Positions 47,915 to 55,870 of a stretch of 64,000 nucleotides of DNA are shown here, in pieces. The notes below the pieces were generated by a model. The model did not search any database. It worked only from the letters and a program-made list of their open reading frames with translations, and had not been told where the DNA came from. A program made the position numbers and the translations under genes. This DNA comes from an uncultured Verrucomicrobiota bacterium (GTDB lineage: Bacteria > Verrucomicrobiota > Kiritimatiellia > CAIKKV01): NCBI GenBank assembly GCA_964481675.1, contig CAYZVY010000001.1, forward strand, positions 14,006 to 78,005, in the 5' to 3' direction. How positions within the stretch are numbered: the stretch's first letter is position 1; each line of letters begins with the position of its first letter.

Positions 47915-48835
47915 ATGATCCGCCTGGTTAATCCCTATGCGAACCTCACCGGCGGCCGCTGGCTTCGCGGCAACCTGCACACCCACTCCACCCGCAGCGA
48001 CGGCTCGCGCCCGCCCCAGGCCGTGCTCGACGATTATGCCGGCCGCGGCTACGGCTTCCTCATGTTCTCGGACCACGACCTGCTCACCTCCGAAGCCGAC
48101 CTGGCGGCGCTCGACGCGCGCGGGCTCATCCTGGTGCCTGGCAACGAGATCAGCCGCGGCGGGCCGCACCTCCTGCACGTGGACGCCGACCGGTGGATTC
48201 CGTCCGAGGGCAGCCGGCAGGAGATCCTGAACGCCATCCTCGCGGCGGAGCGGGAGTCGGGCCGGGGCTTTGCCATCATCAATCATCCCGACTGGCAGTC
48301 GGAATTCGACCACGCCACGATCGAGCAGCTGCGCGAGTGGACCGGCTACCTGGGCATGGAGATCTACAACGGCGTGATCAACCGGCTGGACGGCAGCCCG
48401 TATGCCCTCGGGAAGTGGGACATGCTGCTGTCGATGGGCCGCCCCGTCTGGGGTTTCGCCAACGACGATCTTCACAAGGCCGAGGGGGACATCGAGCTGG
48501 GCTGGAATGTGGCGTATGTCAGGGAGCAGACGCGCGCCGGGCTGGTGGAGGCGCTGCGCGCCGGCCGCTTTTACGGCTCCACCGGGGTGGTGATCAAGTC
48601 GATCGAGGTGACCGGTGCGCGCGTGAAGATCGTCACGGAAAACGCCCGCCGCATGGCCGCCATCGTCAAGGTCGGGAAGCGCGCGGCCGTCGTGGACGGG
48701 CCGGAGATGGAGTTCGAGTGTCCCGCGTCGGCGCGGTATGTCCGCTTCCAGTGCTGGGGCGAAGGGGAGAAGATGGCCTGGACGCAGCCGTTCTTCACCG
48801 AGGCGGCTTCGGATGAAATCGGGCGGGTGTCATGA
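47915..48835 (+). CDS. PHP-domain metallophosphoesterase (CehA/McbA-like)
   Basis: NLHTHSTRSDG and FSDHD His/Asp metal-binding motifs. AAGGAAGA RBS before the ATG at 47915. Confidence 0.65.
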   Translation: MIRLVNPYANLTGGRWLRGNLHTHSTRSDGSRPPQAVLDDYAGRGYGFLMFSDHDLLTSEADLAALDARGLILVPGNEISRGGPHLLHVDADRWIPSEGSRQEILNAILAAERESGRGFAIINHPDWQSEFDHATIEQLREWTGYLGMEIYNGVINRLDGSPYALGKWDMLLSMGRPVWGFANDDLHKAEGDIELGWNVAYVREQTRAGLVEALRAGRFYGSTGVVIKSIEVTGARVKIVTENARRMAAIVKVGKRAAVVDGPEMEFECPASARYVRFQCWGEGEKMAWTQPFFTEAASDEIGRVS

Positions 48836-50151
48836 ACGCGGGACGCTTCTGGAAAACGCTGGGGCTGCTGCTGGTGTTCCTCGGACTGGTTTATGCCGGC
48901 CTGACGATGTCCGCCTCCCGGTCGCTGCGCCAGGCGTTCGCGACCCTGGAGGAAAACGGCCGTCCGCTGACGGCGGAGCAGGTGGTGCCTCCGCCGGTGC
49001 CCGATGCGGAAAACGCCGCCCTTCTCTACCAGGCGGCGATCCGGCGGCTGAAGGACACGCCGTCCGGCGCGACCGACCTGTTCCAGCATCTGGACGATTT
49101 GGCGAAGGCGCTTCTGGGGGACGTTCCGACGGATGCGGACCGCGACGCCCTGGGCCGCCTGCTGGACGCAGAGGCCAGCCGCGAGGCGTTGCGCCTTGTC
49201 CGGGAGGGCACGGAGCGGCCGGCATGCCGGTTTCCGCTGGACTACACGAAGGGGGCGGGCCTGGAGTTGCCGCACCTGGCGGACATGCGCCGGCTTTCCC
49301 GCATCCTGTGCGCCCGGGCCCGGGTGCAGGCGGCGAGCGCGGATGTGAGCGGGGGCTGGGAGACGGTCCTGGTCAGCCTTCGCCTGTCCGCGGCCCTCCG
49401 GGCGGAGCCCCTGCTGATCAGCCAGCTGGTCCGGATGGCGCAGCTCCAGCTGTCGCTGGACACGATCCGGGGGCTGGCCGCCCAGGGCTTGCCTTCGGAC
49501 GCTCAGGCCGCCGCCCTGGCCGTGTTCCTGGACGACCGGGACGACGGGGCGGCGTTGGCGAACGCGCTGGACGCCGAGCGGATCCTGATGGGGGAATGGG
49601 GCTTTGCGCTGGAGCCGAGCGAGCTGATGACGCTGATGACGCTGACGGACTCCGGCGCCAACATTCCCCGGAGCCTGGCGCTGCTGTACCGGTTTATGCG
49701 GCTTCCGCCCCTCTGGGACCGCGACCACGCGGCCTACCTGACCGTGATGCACCGGTATGCGGCCCTGGCGACCGAGCCGTATGCGGCCGATGAAACGGCA
49801 AAATGGGAACGGCAGGTGAGCGATGTGCCGCGCTATTGCATCATCACCCGCCTGCTGGCGCCCGCCCTGGGGCAGGTCAAGGGGCGGATGCTGCGCCTGG
49901 CGGCGGAGAAGCGGATCACGCTGGCCGGCCTGGCCGTGCTGCGGCACCGGCAGGCCCGCGGGGCGTTTCCGGAGACGCTGGCGGCCGCCGGCGTGACGGC
50001 GCCGGACCCCTTTGGCGGCAAGCCGCTCCTGTACCGGGCGGAGGCGGCGCGCTTCCTGATTTACAGTGTCGGGCCGGATTTGAAGGACGATGCCGGATCC
50101 CGGGAAAAGGGGCCCGACGAGAAGCCCCGCGACATGGCCTGGCGGTTTTAG
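48832..50151 (+). CDS. Hypothetical membrane-anchored alpha-helical protein
   Basis: N-terminal TM WKTLGLLLVFLGLVYAGL followed by a 400-aa Ala/Leu/Arg-rich helical domain. ATGA overlap with the PHP gene. Confidence 0.4.
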   Translation: MNAGRFWKTLGLLLVFLGLVYAGLTMSASRSLRQAFATLEENGRPLTAEQVVPPPVPDAENAALLYQAAIRRLKDTPSGATDLFQHLDDLAKALLGDVPTDADRDALGRLLDAEASREALRLVREGTERPACRFPLDYTKGAGLELPHLADMRRLSRILCARARVQAASADVSGGWETVLVSLRLSAALRAEPLLISQLVRMAQLQLSLDTIRGLAAQGLPSDAQAAALAVFLDDRDDGAALANALDAERILMGEWGFALEPSELMTLMTLTDSGANIPRSLALLYRFMRLPPLWDRDHAAYLTVMHRYAALATEPYAADETAKWERQVSDVPRYCIITRLLAPALGQVKGRMLRLAAEKRITLAGLAVLRHRQARGAFPETLAAAGVTAPDPFGGKPLLYRAEAARFLIYSVGPDLKDDAGSREKGPDEKPRDMAWRF

Positions 50152-50155
50152 CGCC

Positions 50156-50593
50156 TCAGCGCCACCATTTTTCGTCGAGGGTCGCGACCTGCGCCCCCAG
50201 CGCGTAGCGGCCGCCGCCCGCGACCAGCAGGCCCGCGAACACGACGGCCATATCCACGGCGTGGGCGTAGCCCTGCATGGGGGAGCCGGAGGTGATCAGC
50301 ATGACGGAGGCGGTGACCATCGTGAAGAGGAGCAGGAGCGCGTAGGGGCGGACGAAGAGGCCGATGATGAGCATGGCGCCGCCGACCAGTTCCGCGAACA
50401 TGGCCATGAAGCCCCAGAAGACCGGCTTGAAGGTGACGCCGAACACCTTCATGGCGCCGCCGAGCTTCTCCCACAGCTCGGTTCCGCCCTGGAGCTTCTG
50501 CCAGCCGAAGACGAGGAACATGGCGCCGATGCCCAGGCGCATGATCAGCAATCCCAGATCCACCGCGACGCTGTTCCGGTTACGGTCGGCCAT
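50156..50593 (-). CDS. DoxX-family membrane protein
   Basis: 145 aa, four TM helices, LGLLIMRLGIGAMFLVFGWQK signature. Confidence 0.7.
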   Translation of the reverse strand: MADRNRNSVAVDLGLLIMRLGIGAMFLVFGWQKLQGGTELWEKLGGAMKVFGVTFKPVFWGFMAMFAELVGGAMLIIGLFVRPYALLLLFTMVTASVMLITSGSPMQGYAHAVDMAVVFAGLLVAGGGRYALGAQVATLDEKWWR

Positions 50594-50680
50594 GGCTGTC
50601 TCCTTTACAGAATAATAATTGTCACCCGAATGGAGAAAGTATAAAATACTAAGTGGGATACGTCAATCAAGGAGACCGTC

Positions 50681-52222
50681 ATGAACACCCACGCCGATGA
50701 CATCCTGGTCGAGTACTCGCTCTTCGATATCCGGCGGATCGTGAAAGGGCTGATGAGCCCCGGGGAAACCGGCGAGCACAAGCTCGCCGTGATGGCCGTG
50801 ACGCGCCTGTTCGGTCCGGTGACGGTCTCGCTGCTGATCTCCGGCCTGGTCCTGGGGGCGCTGCTGGCGCTGGTCAAGGCGCGGATCATCGACCGGGGCC
50901 CCGACCGCATCGCCGTCGACATCATCAACCCCGACACGATGAAAGCCGATGACCGGGCCGCGGTGGAGCGGGATATCGACTCGATGATCAGCCGGAGCGC
51001 GCGGCCCCAGGGTCCGGCGGCGTTCGAGCCGACGTCCCCCGCCGATCCGGGCATCGACTTCAAGGCGCCCGATCCCTTCATTCCCGAGGTGCGGCCGCTG
51101 CCTCAGGGGGCGCCGGATGCGATTCGCCTGAAGGGGCCGATCCTGGTGGGGCTGTTTGACAACCGGATCAACGGCGAGGTGCGCCAGAAGGCGATGGACG
51201 ATTTTGGCGCGGACAAGGATAACGACGCGCATGTGATGGCGGCGTTGCGGTGGCTGAAGAAGAAGCAGGATTCGGACGGTTCCTGGAAGACGGCGAGCGA
51301 TGTGGATCCCCTTGCCATGACGGGGCTGGCGGCCCTGGCGTTCCTGGCCCACGGGGAGACGCCGCAGCAGTCGAAGGAGTTCGGACCTGCGCTGGAGTCG
51401 GCGCTCCGCTACCTGATGTCGGTTCAGCAGGCGGACGGGCGGTTCAGCGCCAATTCCTACACGCACGCGATTGCCACCTATGCGCTGGCCGAGGCGTTTG
51501 CCCTGACGCGGATCATGGAGCTTCGCGAGCCGATGGAGAAGGGCGTGGCGTTCATCATCAAGGGTCAGCAGGATGAGGGGGGCTTCGATTACGGGTATGC
51601 CAAGGCGGCCCGGTTCGACACGTCGGTGGCGGGCTGGAACATCCAGGCGCTGAAGGCCGCCTATACGGCCGGCAGCGTGGCCCCCGGCTTGAAGGAGGCG
51701 GCCCAACGGTCGGTCCGTTTCCTCAAGACGCAGGCGTATGCGCAGAACGGGAGCGGGTTCGTCTACTCGGGCACGCCGGGGGTTCCGGCTCCCGGGGGCG
51801 GCCGCTGGTCCATGACGGGGGTGGGCACGCTGGGGCTGCAGATCCTGGGCCATGCGATGGACCCCGAGGCGCGGCAGGGGATCGCGTGCCTGGATCCGCT
51901 GGCGTGCGACTGGCCGGCCGCCCGGGAGGCGAAGCCCAGCGTCTATGGATGGTATTATGTCACCCAGGCCAAGTTCCACAAGGGCGGGAGCGTGTGGCAT
52001 GCCTGGAACAGCCAGTTCAAGAAGGCCTACATCGAGCGCCAGGTGATGGAGCCCGACGGCTGCGGGTACTGGGCGCAGGGGGATCATGGCGGCGCGGTGT
52101 ATGCCACCACCCTGGCGACCCTGACGCTGGAGGTGTATTACCGCTACCTGCCGACCTACAAGATTGCCGAGGTGGAGACCAGCGCCGCCGGGCGGGATGA
52201 CGTGAAAATCGAAGTGCTTTAA
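50681..52222 (+). CDS. Membrane-anchored prenyltransferase / squalene-cyclase-repeat (alpha-alpha toroid) protein
   Basis: N-terminal TM, then repeats with QxxDGSW-like motifs (KKKQDSDGSWK, SVQQADGRFS, GQQDEGGFDYG). Confidence 0.55.
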   Translation: MNTHADDILVEYSLFDIRRIVKGLMSPGETGEHKLAVMAVTRLFGPVTVSLLISGLVLGALLALVKARIIDRGPDRIAVDIINPDTMKADDRAAVERDIDSMISRSARPQGPAAFEPTSPADPGIDFKAPDPFIPEVRPLPQGAPDAIRLKGPILVGLFDNRINGEVRQKAMDDFGADKDNDAHVMAALRWLKKKQDSDGSWKTASDVDPLAMTGLAALAFLAHGETPQQSKEFGPALESALRYLMSVQQADGRFSANSYTHAIATYALAEAFALTRIMELREPMEKGVAFIIKGQQDEGGFDYGYAKAARFDTSVAGWNIQALKAAYTAGSVAPGLKEAAQRSVRFLKTQAYAQNGSGFVYSGTPGVPAPGGGRWSMTGVGTLGLQILGHAMDPEARQGIACLDPLACDWPAAREAKPSVYGWYYVTQAKFHKGGSVWHAWNSQFKKAYIERQVMEPDGCGYWAQGDHGGAVYATTLATLTLEVYYRYLPTYKIAEVETSAAGRDDVKIEVL

Positions 52223-52266
52223 TTATCAATTTGATCGGTTTTGATAATTCATGGATAGTGGTCTCC

Positions 52267-53052
52267 ATGAAAGACGACAACGGATTGTTCCGGGAATTGT
52301 TTGATTTATCCGGCCGCACGGCCCTGGTCTCGGGTGCCACCAAGGGGCTGGGGAAGGAATTCGCCCGCACCCTGGCGCGGGCCGGGGCGACGGTGGGGAT
52401 CTGCAGCCGGCACGGGGCGGAGGCGGAAGCCGTGGCCGCGGAGCTGGCGGCGGAGACGGGCCGGACGGTGGCCGGCATGGCCTGCGACGTGACGGCGGAG
52501 GCGGACGTGGCGCGCTGGGTGGCGGCCGCGTCCGAGCGGCTGGGGGAGCCCGACATCCTGGTGGCGAGCGCGGGCATCAACATCCGCAAGCCGACGGAAG
52601 AGTTGACCGGCGCGGATTTTGACAGCGTCATGGCGATCAACGTCAAGGGCGCGTACCTGTGCGCCCGGGCGGTGATTCCGGGCATGCGGCGGCGGCGGTT
52701 CGGGCGGATCGTGCTGCTGGGCTCGATGCTGTCGTTCATCTCCATTCCCGGGCGGGCGGCCTACGCGTCGAGCAAGACGGCGCTGCTGGGGCTGGCGCGC
52801 ACGCTGGCCCTGGAGACGGCGGCGGACGGCATCTGCGTGAACGCACTGTGCCCGGGGCCGTTCGAGACGCCCATGAACCTGCCGCTGCTGCAGGATCCGG
52901 AAAAGTACAAGGCGTTCATCGCCCGGCTGCCGATCGGGCGCTGGGCGCAGCCCGCCGAGGCGCGCGGCATCCTCCTCTACCTCTGCTCCCCCGCCTGCAG
53001 CTTCATGACCGGCTCGTCGGTGGTCATCGACGGCGGCTGGTCCGCGCAGTAG
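52267..53052 (+). CDS. SDR-family short-chain dehydrogenase/reductase
   Basis: TALVSGATKGLGKEFA (TGxxxGxG) and the catalytic YASSK (YxxxK). Confidence 0.8.
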   Translation: MKDDNGLFRELFDLSGRTALVSGATKGLGKEFARTLARAGATVGICSRHGAEAEAVAAELAAETGRTVAGMACDVTAEADVARWVAAASERLGEPDILVASAGINIRKPTEELTGADFDSVMAINVKGAYLCARAVIPGMRRRRFGRIVLLGSMLSFISIPGRAAYASSKTALLGLARTLALETAADGICVNALCPGPFETPMNLPLLQDPEKYKAFIARLPIGRWAQPAEARGILLYLCSPACSFMTGSSVVIDGGWSAQ

Positions 53053-53074
53053 GGGGCGGGTGGTTGGTGGACGG

Positions 53075-53140
53075 TGTGGACAGTGTGGACAGTGTGGACA
53101 GTGTGGACCTTGTTGACGGAGTTGACCTTGTTGACCTTTC
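53075..53140. repeat. Two adjacent 9-bp tandem repeat blocks upstream of dtxR-feoBA
   Basis: GTGTGGACA x4 followed by CTTGTTGAC / GGAGTTGAC / CTTGTTGAC. Each unit carries a TGGAC/TTGAC core. Confidence 0.45.
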
Positions 53141-53187
53141 CCTGAGCTTCTACTTGCTTCTGAAATGTCTATATGGTTAAATAATGT

Positions 53188-53664
53188 TTGATGAATAAAA
53201 CATTAAAGGGGTCGCGGCGGGTGACGCCGGCCATGCAGGACTGCCTGGAGGCCATTCTCCGGCTGGAGGCGAGCAAGGGCGCGGCCCGGGTGCGCGACCT
53301 GGCCGCGCTTCTGGGCGTGCACAAGTCCACCGTGACCGCCACGCTCAAGCACCTGGCCCGCGAGGGGCTCGTACGCTACAGCCCCTATGAGCTCGTGGGG
53401 CTGGAGCCCGGGGGCCGCGCCGTGGCCGAGCGGGTGAGCGGGGGCCACCAGATTTTCGCCCGCTTCCTCTCGGGGATTCTCCTGCTCGACCCGGAGGCCG
53501 CCGACGCCGACGCCTGCCGCCTGGAGCACGCCGCCGAGCCCGAGACGATCGAGCGCCTCCGCCTGTTCGCCCAGTTCCTGGCCGACCGCCCCCGGTCCAC
53601 CCGGCCGCTGACCCGGGCCTTTTCCGCCTATCTCAAGGCCCGCCGGGGGAAAGGGGCGCCATGA
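53188..53664 (+). CDS. DtxR/MntR-family metal-dependent transcriptional regulator
   Basis: N-terminal wHTH AMQDCLEAILRLEASKGAARVRDLAALLGVHKSTVTATLKHLAREGLV and a metal-binding/dimerisation domain. No SH3 tail. Confidence 0.75.
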   Translation: MMNKTLKGSRRVTPAMQDCLEAILRLEASKGAARVRDLAALLGVHKSTVTATLKHLAREGLVRYSPYELVGLEPGGRAVAERVSGGHQIFARFLSGILLLDPEAADADACRLEHAAEPETIERLRLFAQFLADRPRSTRPLTRAFSAYLKARRGKGAP

Positions 53665-55541
53665 GCGAGCTGATCACCCTGGCCCTGGCGGGCAATCCCA
53701 ACTGCGGGAAGACCACGCTGTTCAACCGCATGACTGGCGACTGCCGGCATGTCGGCAACTGGCCGGGCGTCACCGTGGAACGCGCCGAGGGCGCCTGCCG
53801 CCACCGGGAGCGGGACCTGTGGGTCACGGATCTGCCCGGCCTCTATTCGCTGGAGGCGCACACCCTGGATGAGCAGGTGACGCGCGATTTCCTTGACGGC
53901 GGGTCGGCCGCCGTCATCGTCAACGTCATCGACGCCACCAACCTCGAGCGCAGCCTCTACCTGACGGGGCAGCTGCTCCGGCTGGGGCGTCCCCTGGTGG
54001 TGGTGTTGAACATGATGGATCTGGCGGAGTCGCTGCACATCCGGATCGACGTGGAGGCGCTTGCCAGGCGCCTGGGCTGTCCGGTGCTGCCCGTGGCCGC
54101 CCAGCGCGACCGCCGCCTGGCCCCGCTTTTCGACGCCATTCTCGCCGTCGCCGCGGCCGGGGCGGCGCCGGTTCCCGACCGTCCTCCGCCGCGGAACGAG
54201 GAGGAGGGCTACGCGTTCGCCCGGGCGGCGGCCCGTGAGGCGGCTGACCGCAGCCGGGCGCCGGTCCGCCATTTTTCGGATGTCCTGGACCGGTTCGCGT
54301 TGAGCCGCTTCGTCGGCATTCCCTTTTTCCTGGCCGTGATGTACCTGGTGTTCCTGGTGACCGTCAGCGGGGCGCGGCCGGCGGTCAGCCTGATCGACAC
54401 CGTCTGCGGCCGCCTGTTCGTGGAGTGGCCCCGGCTCTGGCTGGAAGGGCTTCACGCGCCGGAGCTGCTGATCACGATCCTGGCGGACGGGGCCGGTGCG
54501 GGCCTTCGCGCCGTGGCGACGTTCATGCCTCCCATTTTCGGCATCTTCTTCTGCCTGGCCATCCTGGAGAATTCCGGCTACATGGCGCGGGGCGCCTTCG
54601 TGATGGACAAATTCCTGCGCAAGATCGGGCTTCCGGGGCGCGCCTTCCTGCCGCTGCTGGTGGGCTTCGGCTGCAACGTGCCGGCCATGTTCGCCACCCG
54701 TACGCTGAAGGAGAAGCGGGAGCGGCTGATCACGCTGCTCATCAATCCCTTCATGTCGTGCAGCGCCCGCCTGCCGGTGTATACCCTCTTCGCCGTGGCC
54801 TTCTTTCCCGCGCGGGGCAACCAGGTGGTGTTCGCCCTGTACCTGATCGGCATCCTGATGGCCATCCTGACCGGCCTGCTGCTCCAGAAGACCCTCCTGC
54901 GCGGGGAGCCGTCCTCCTATGTCATGGAGCTGCCGCCGTACCAGGTGCCCAGCCTGAAGGCGGTGTTCCGCCACGCCTGGGAAAACCTGAAGGGATTCGT
55001 GGTGCGGGGCGGCAAGGTGATTGTGCTGGCCGTGATGGCGCTGAGCCTGCTCAACACGCTGGGCAAGGACGGGAAGGCGGGCGAGTCGTGGCTCGAGAAG
55101 GCGGGCAAGGCTGTTACGCCCGTGTTCGGCCCCATGGGCATCCAGCGCGAGAACTGGCCGGCCACGGTCGGCCTGATCACGGGCGTGGTGGCCAAGGAGG
55201 CCGTGGTCGGCACCCTGGATGCGCTGTACGGGCAGATGGAGCCCGAGCTGCCCGCCGTTCACGAACCGGTGACGGGCGCCACCCCCCATGCCGAGCATGG
55301 CGACCGGCCGCTGGCGGCGGGCGGCGTGCGCCACGGGGTGATCGGCGCCATGCGGCACCATTTCGGGACGCCGGCCGCGGCCTTCGCCTATCTGCTCTTC
55401 GTGCTGCTGTATGTGCCCTGCATCGCCACGCTGGCGGCCCTGCGCCGGGAGGCGGGCTGGAAATGGACCCTTTTCTCCGTGGTGTACCAGACCGGGTTGG
55501 CATGGCTGACCGCCACCCTGTTCTATCAAGTGGCTTCCTAA
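53661..55541 (+). CDS. feoB: Ferrous iron transporter FeoB
   Basis: G-protein motifs LAGNPNCGKTTLFN (G1), DLPG (G3), NMMD (G4), then a polytopic membrane domain. ATGA overlap with dtxR. Confidence 0.85.
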   Translation: MSELITLALAGNPNCGKTTLFNRMTGDCRHVGNWPGVTVERAEGACRHRERDLWVTDLPGLYSLEAHTLDEQVTRDFLDGGSAAVIVNVIDATNLERSLYLTGQLLRLGRPLVVVLNMMDLAESLHIRIDVEALARRLGCPVLPVAAQRDRRLAPLFDAILAVAAAGAAPVPDRPPPRNEEEGYAFARAAAREAADRSRAPVRHFSDVLDRFALSRFVGIPFFLAVMYLVFLVTVSGARPAVSLIDTVCGRLFVEWPRLWLEGLHAPELLITILADGAGAGLRAVATFMPPIFGIFFCLAILENSGYMARGAFVMDKFLRKIGLPGRAFLPLLVGFGCNVPAMFATRTLKEKRERLITLLINPFMSCSARLPVYTLFAVAFFPARGNQVVFALYLIGILMAILTGLLLQKTLLRGEPSSYVMELPPYQVPSLKAVFRHAWENLKGFVVRGGKVIVLAVMALSLLNTLGKDGKAGESWLEKAGKAVTPVFGPMGIQRENWPATVGLITGVVAKEAVVGTLDALYGQMEPELPAVHEPVTGATPHAEHGDRPLAAGGVRHGVIGAMRHHFGTPAAAFAYLLFVLLYVPCIATLAALRREAGWKWTLFSVVYQTGLAWLTATLFYQVAS

Positions 55542-55553
55542 GGAGTAGATGGC

Positions 55554-55829
55554 ATGATCTTTTTTGCCCGCCATCGCCGCTGCAGCCCGCACCGCCCCGC
55601 TCCGGAGGTGACGCGGCTGGACGAGGGATTCGAGGACTGGGCGTATGTCATTGCCGCCAACCCCGACCGCCAGTCGCGCGAAATGGGATTCTTCCCCGGC
55701 ATGGAGGTGCGGATTCTGCGCAATGTGGAGGGGGAGCACGGACTGGTGGTGGCCCTGGGGTCAACCCGGTATGTGCTGGCGCGCCAGGCGGCGCGGGCGA
55801 TGAAAGTCAGTGATTCCTGCTCCGTCTGA
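55554..55829 (+). CDS. feoA: FeoA-family small protein
   Basis: 91 aa SH3-like FeoA pattern (GMEVRILRNVEGEHGLVVALGSTRYVLARQAARAM). Confidence 0.6.
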   Translation: MIFFARHRRCSPHRPAPEVTRLDEGFEDWAYVIAANPDRQSREMGFFPGMEVRILRNVEGEHGLVVALGSTRYVLARQAARAMKVSDSCSV

Positions 55830-55860
55830 TCCGACGGATCGGTCTGATCCGACGGATCAC
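55824..55860. repeat. Tandem duplicated 18-bp palindromic element at the convergent gene junction
   Basis: GTCTGATCCGACGGATCG GTCTGATCCGACGGATCA. Each copy contains GATCCG-a-CGGATC. Confidence 0.4.
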
Positions 55861-55870
55861 GGCTCGCCGG

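Noticed and set aside
53075-53140. Possible CRISPR array
   Set aside because: Units are only 9 bp, contiguous with no spacers, and no cas genes nearby. This is a simple tandem repeat.
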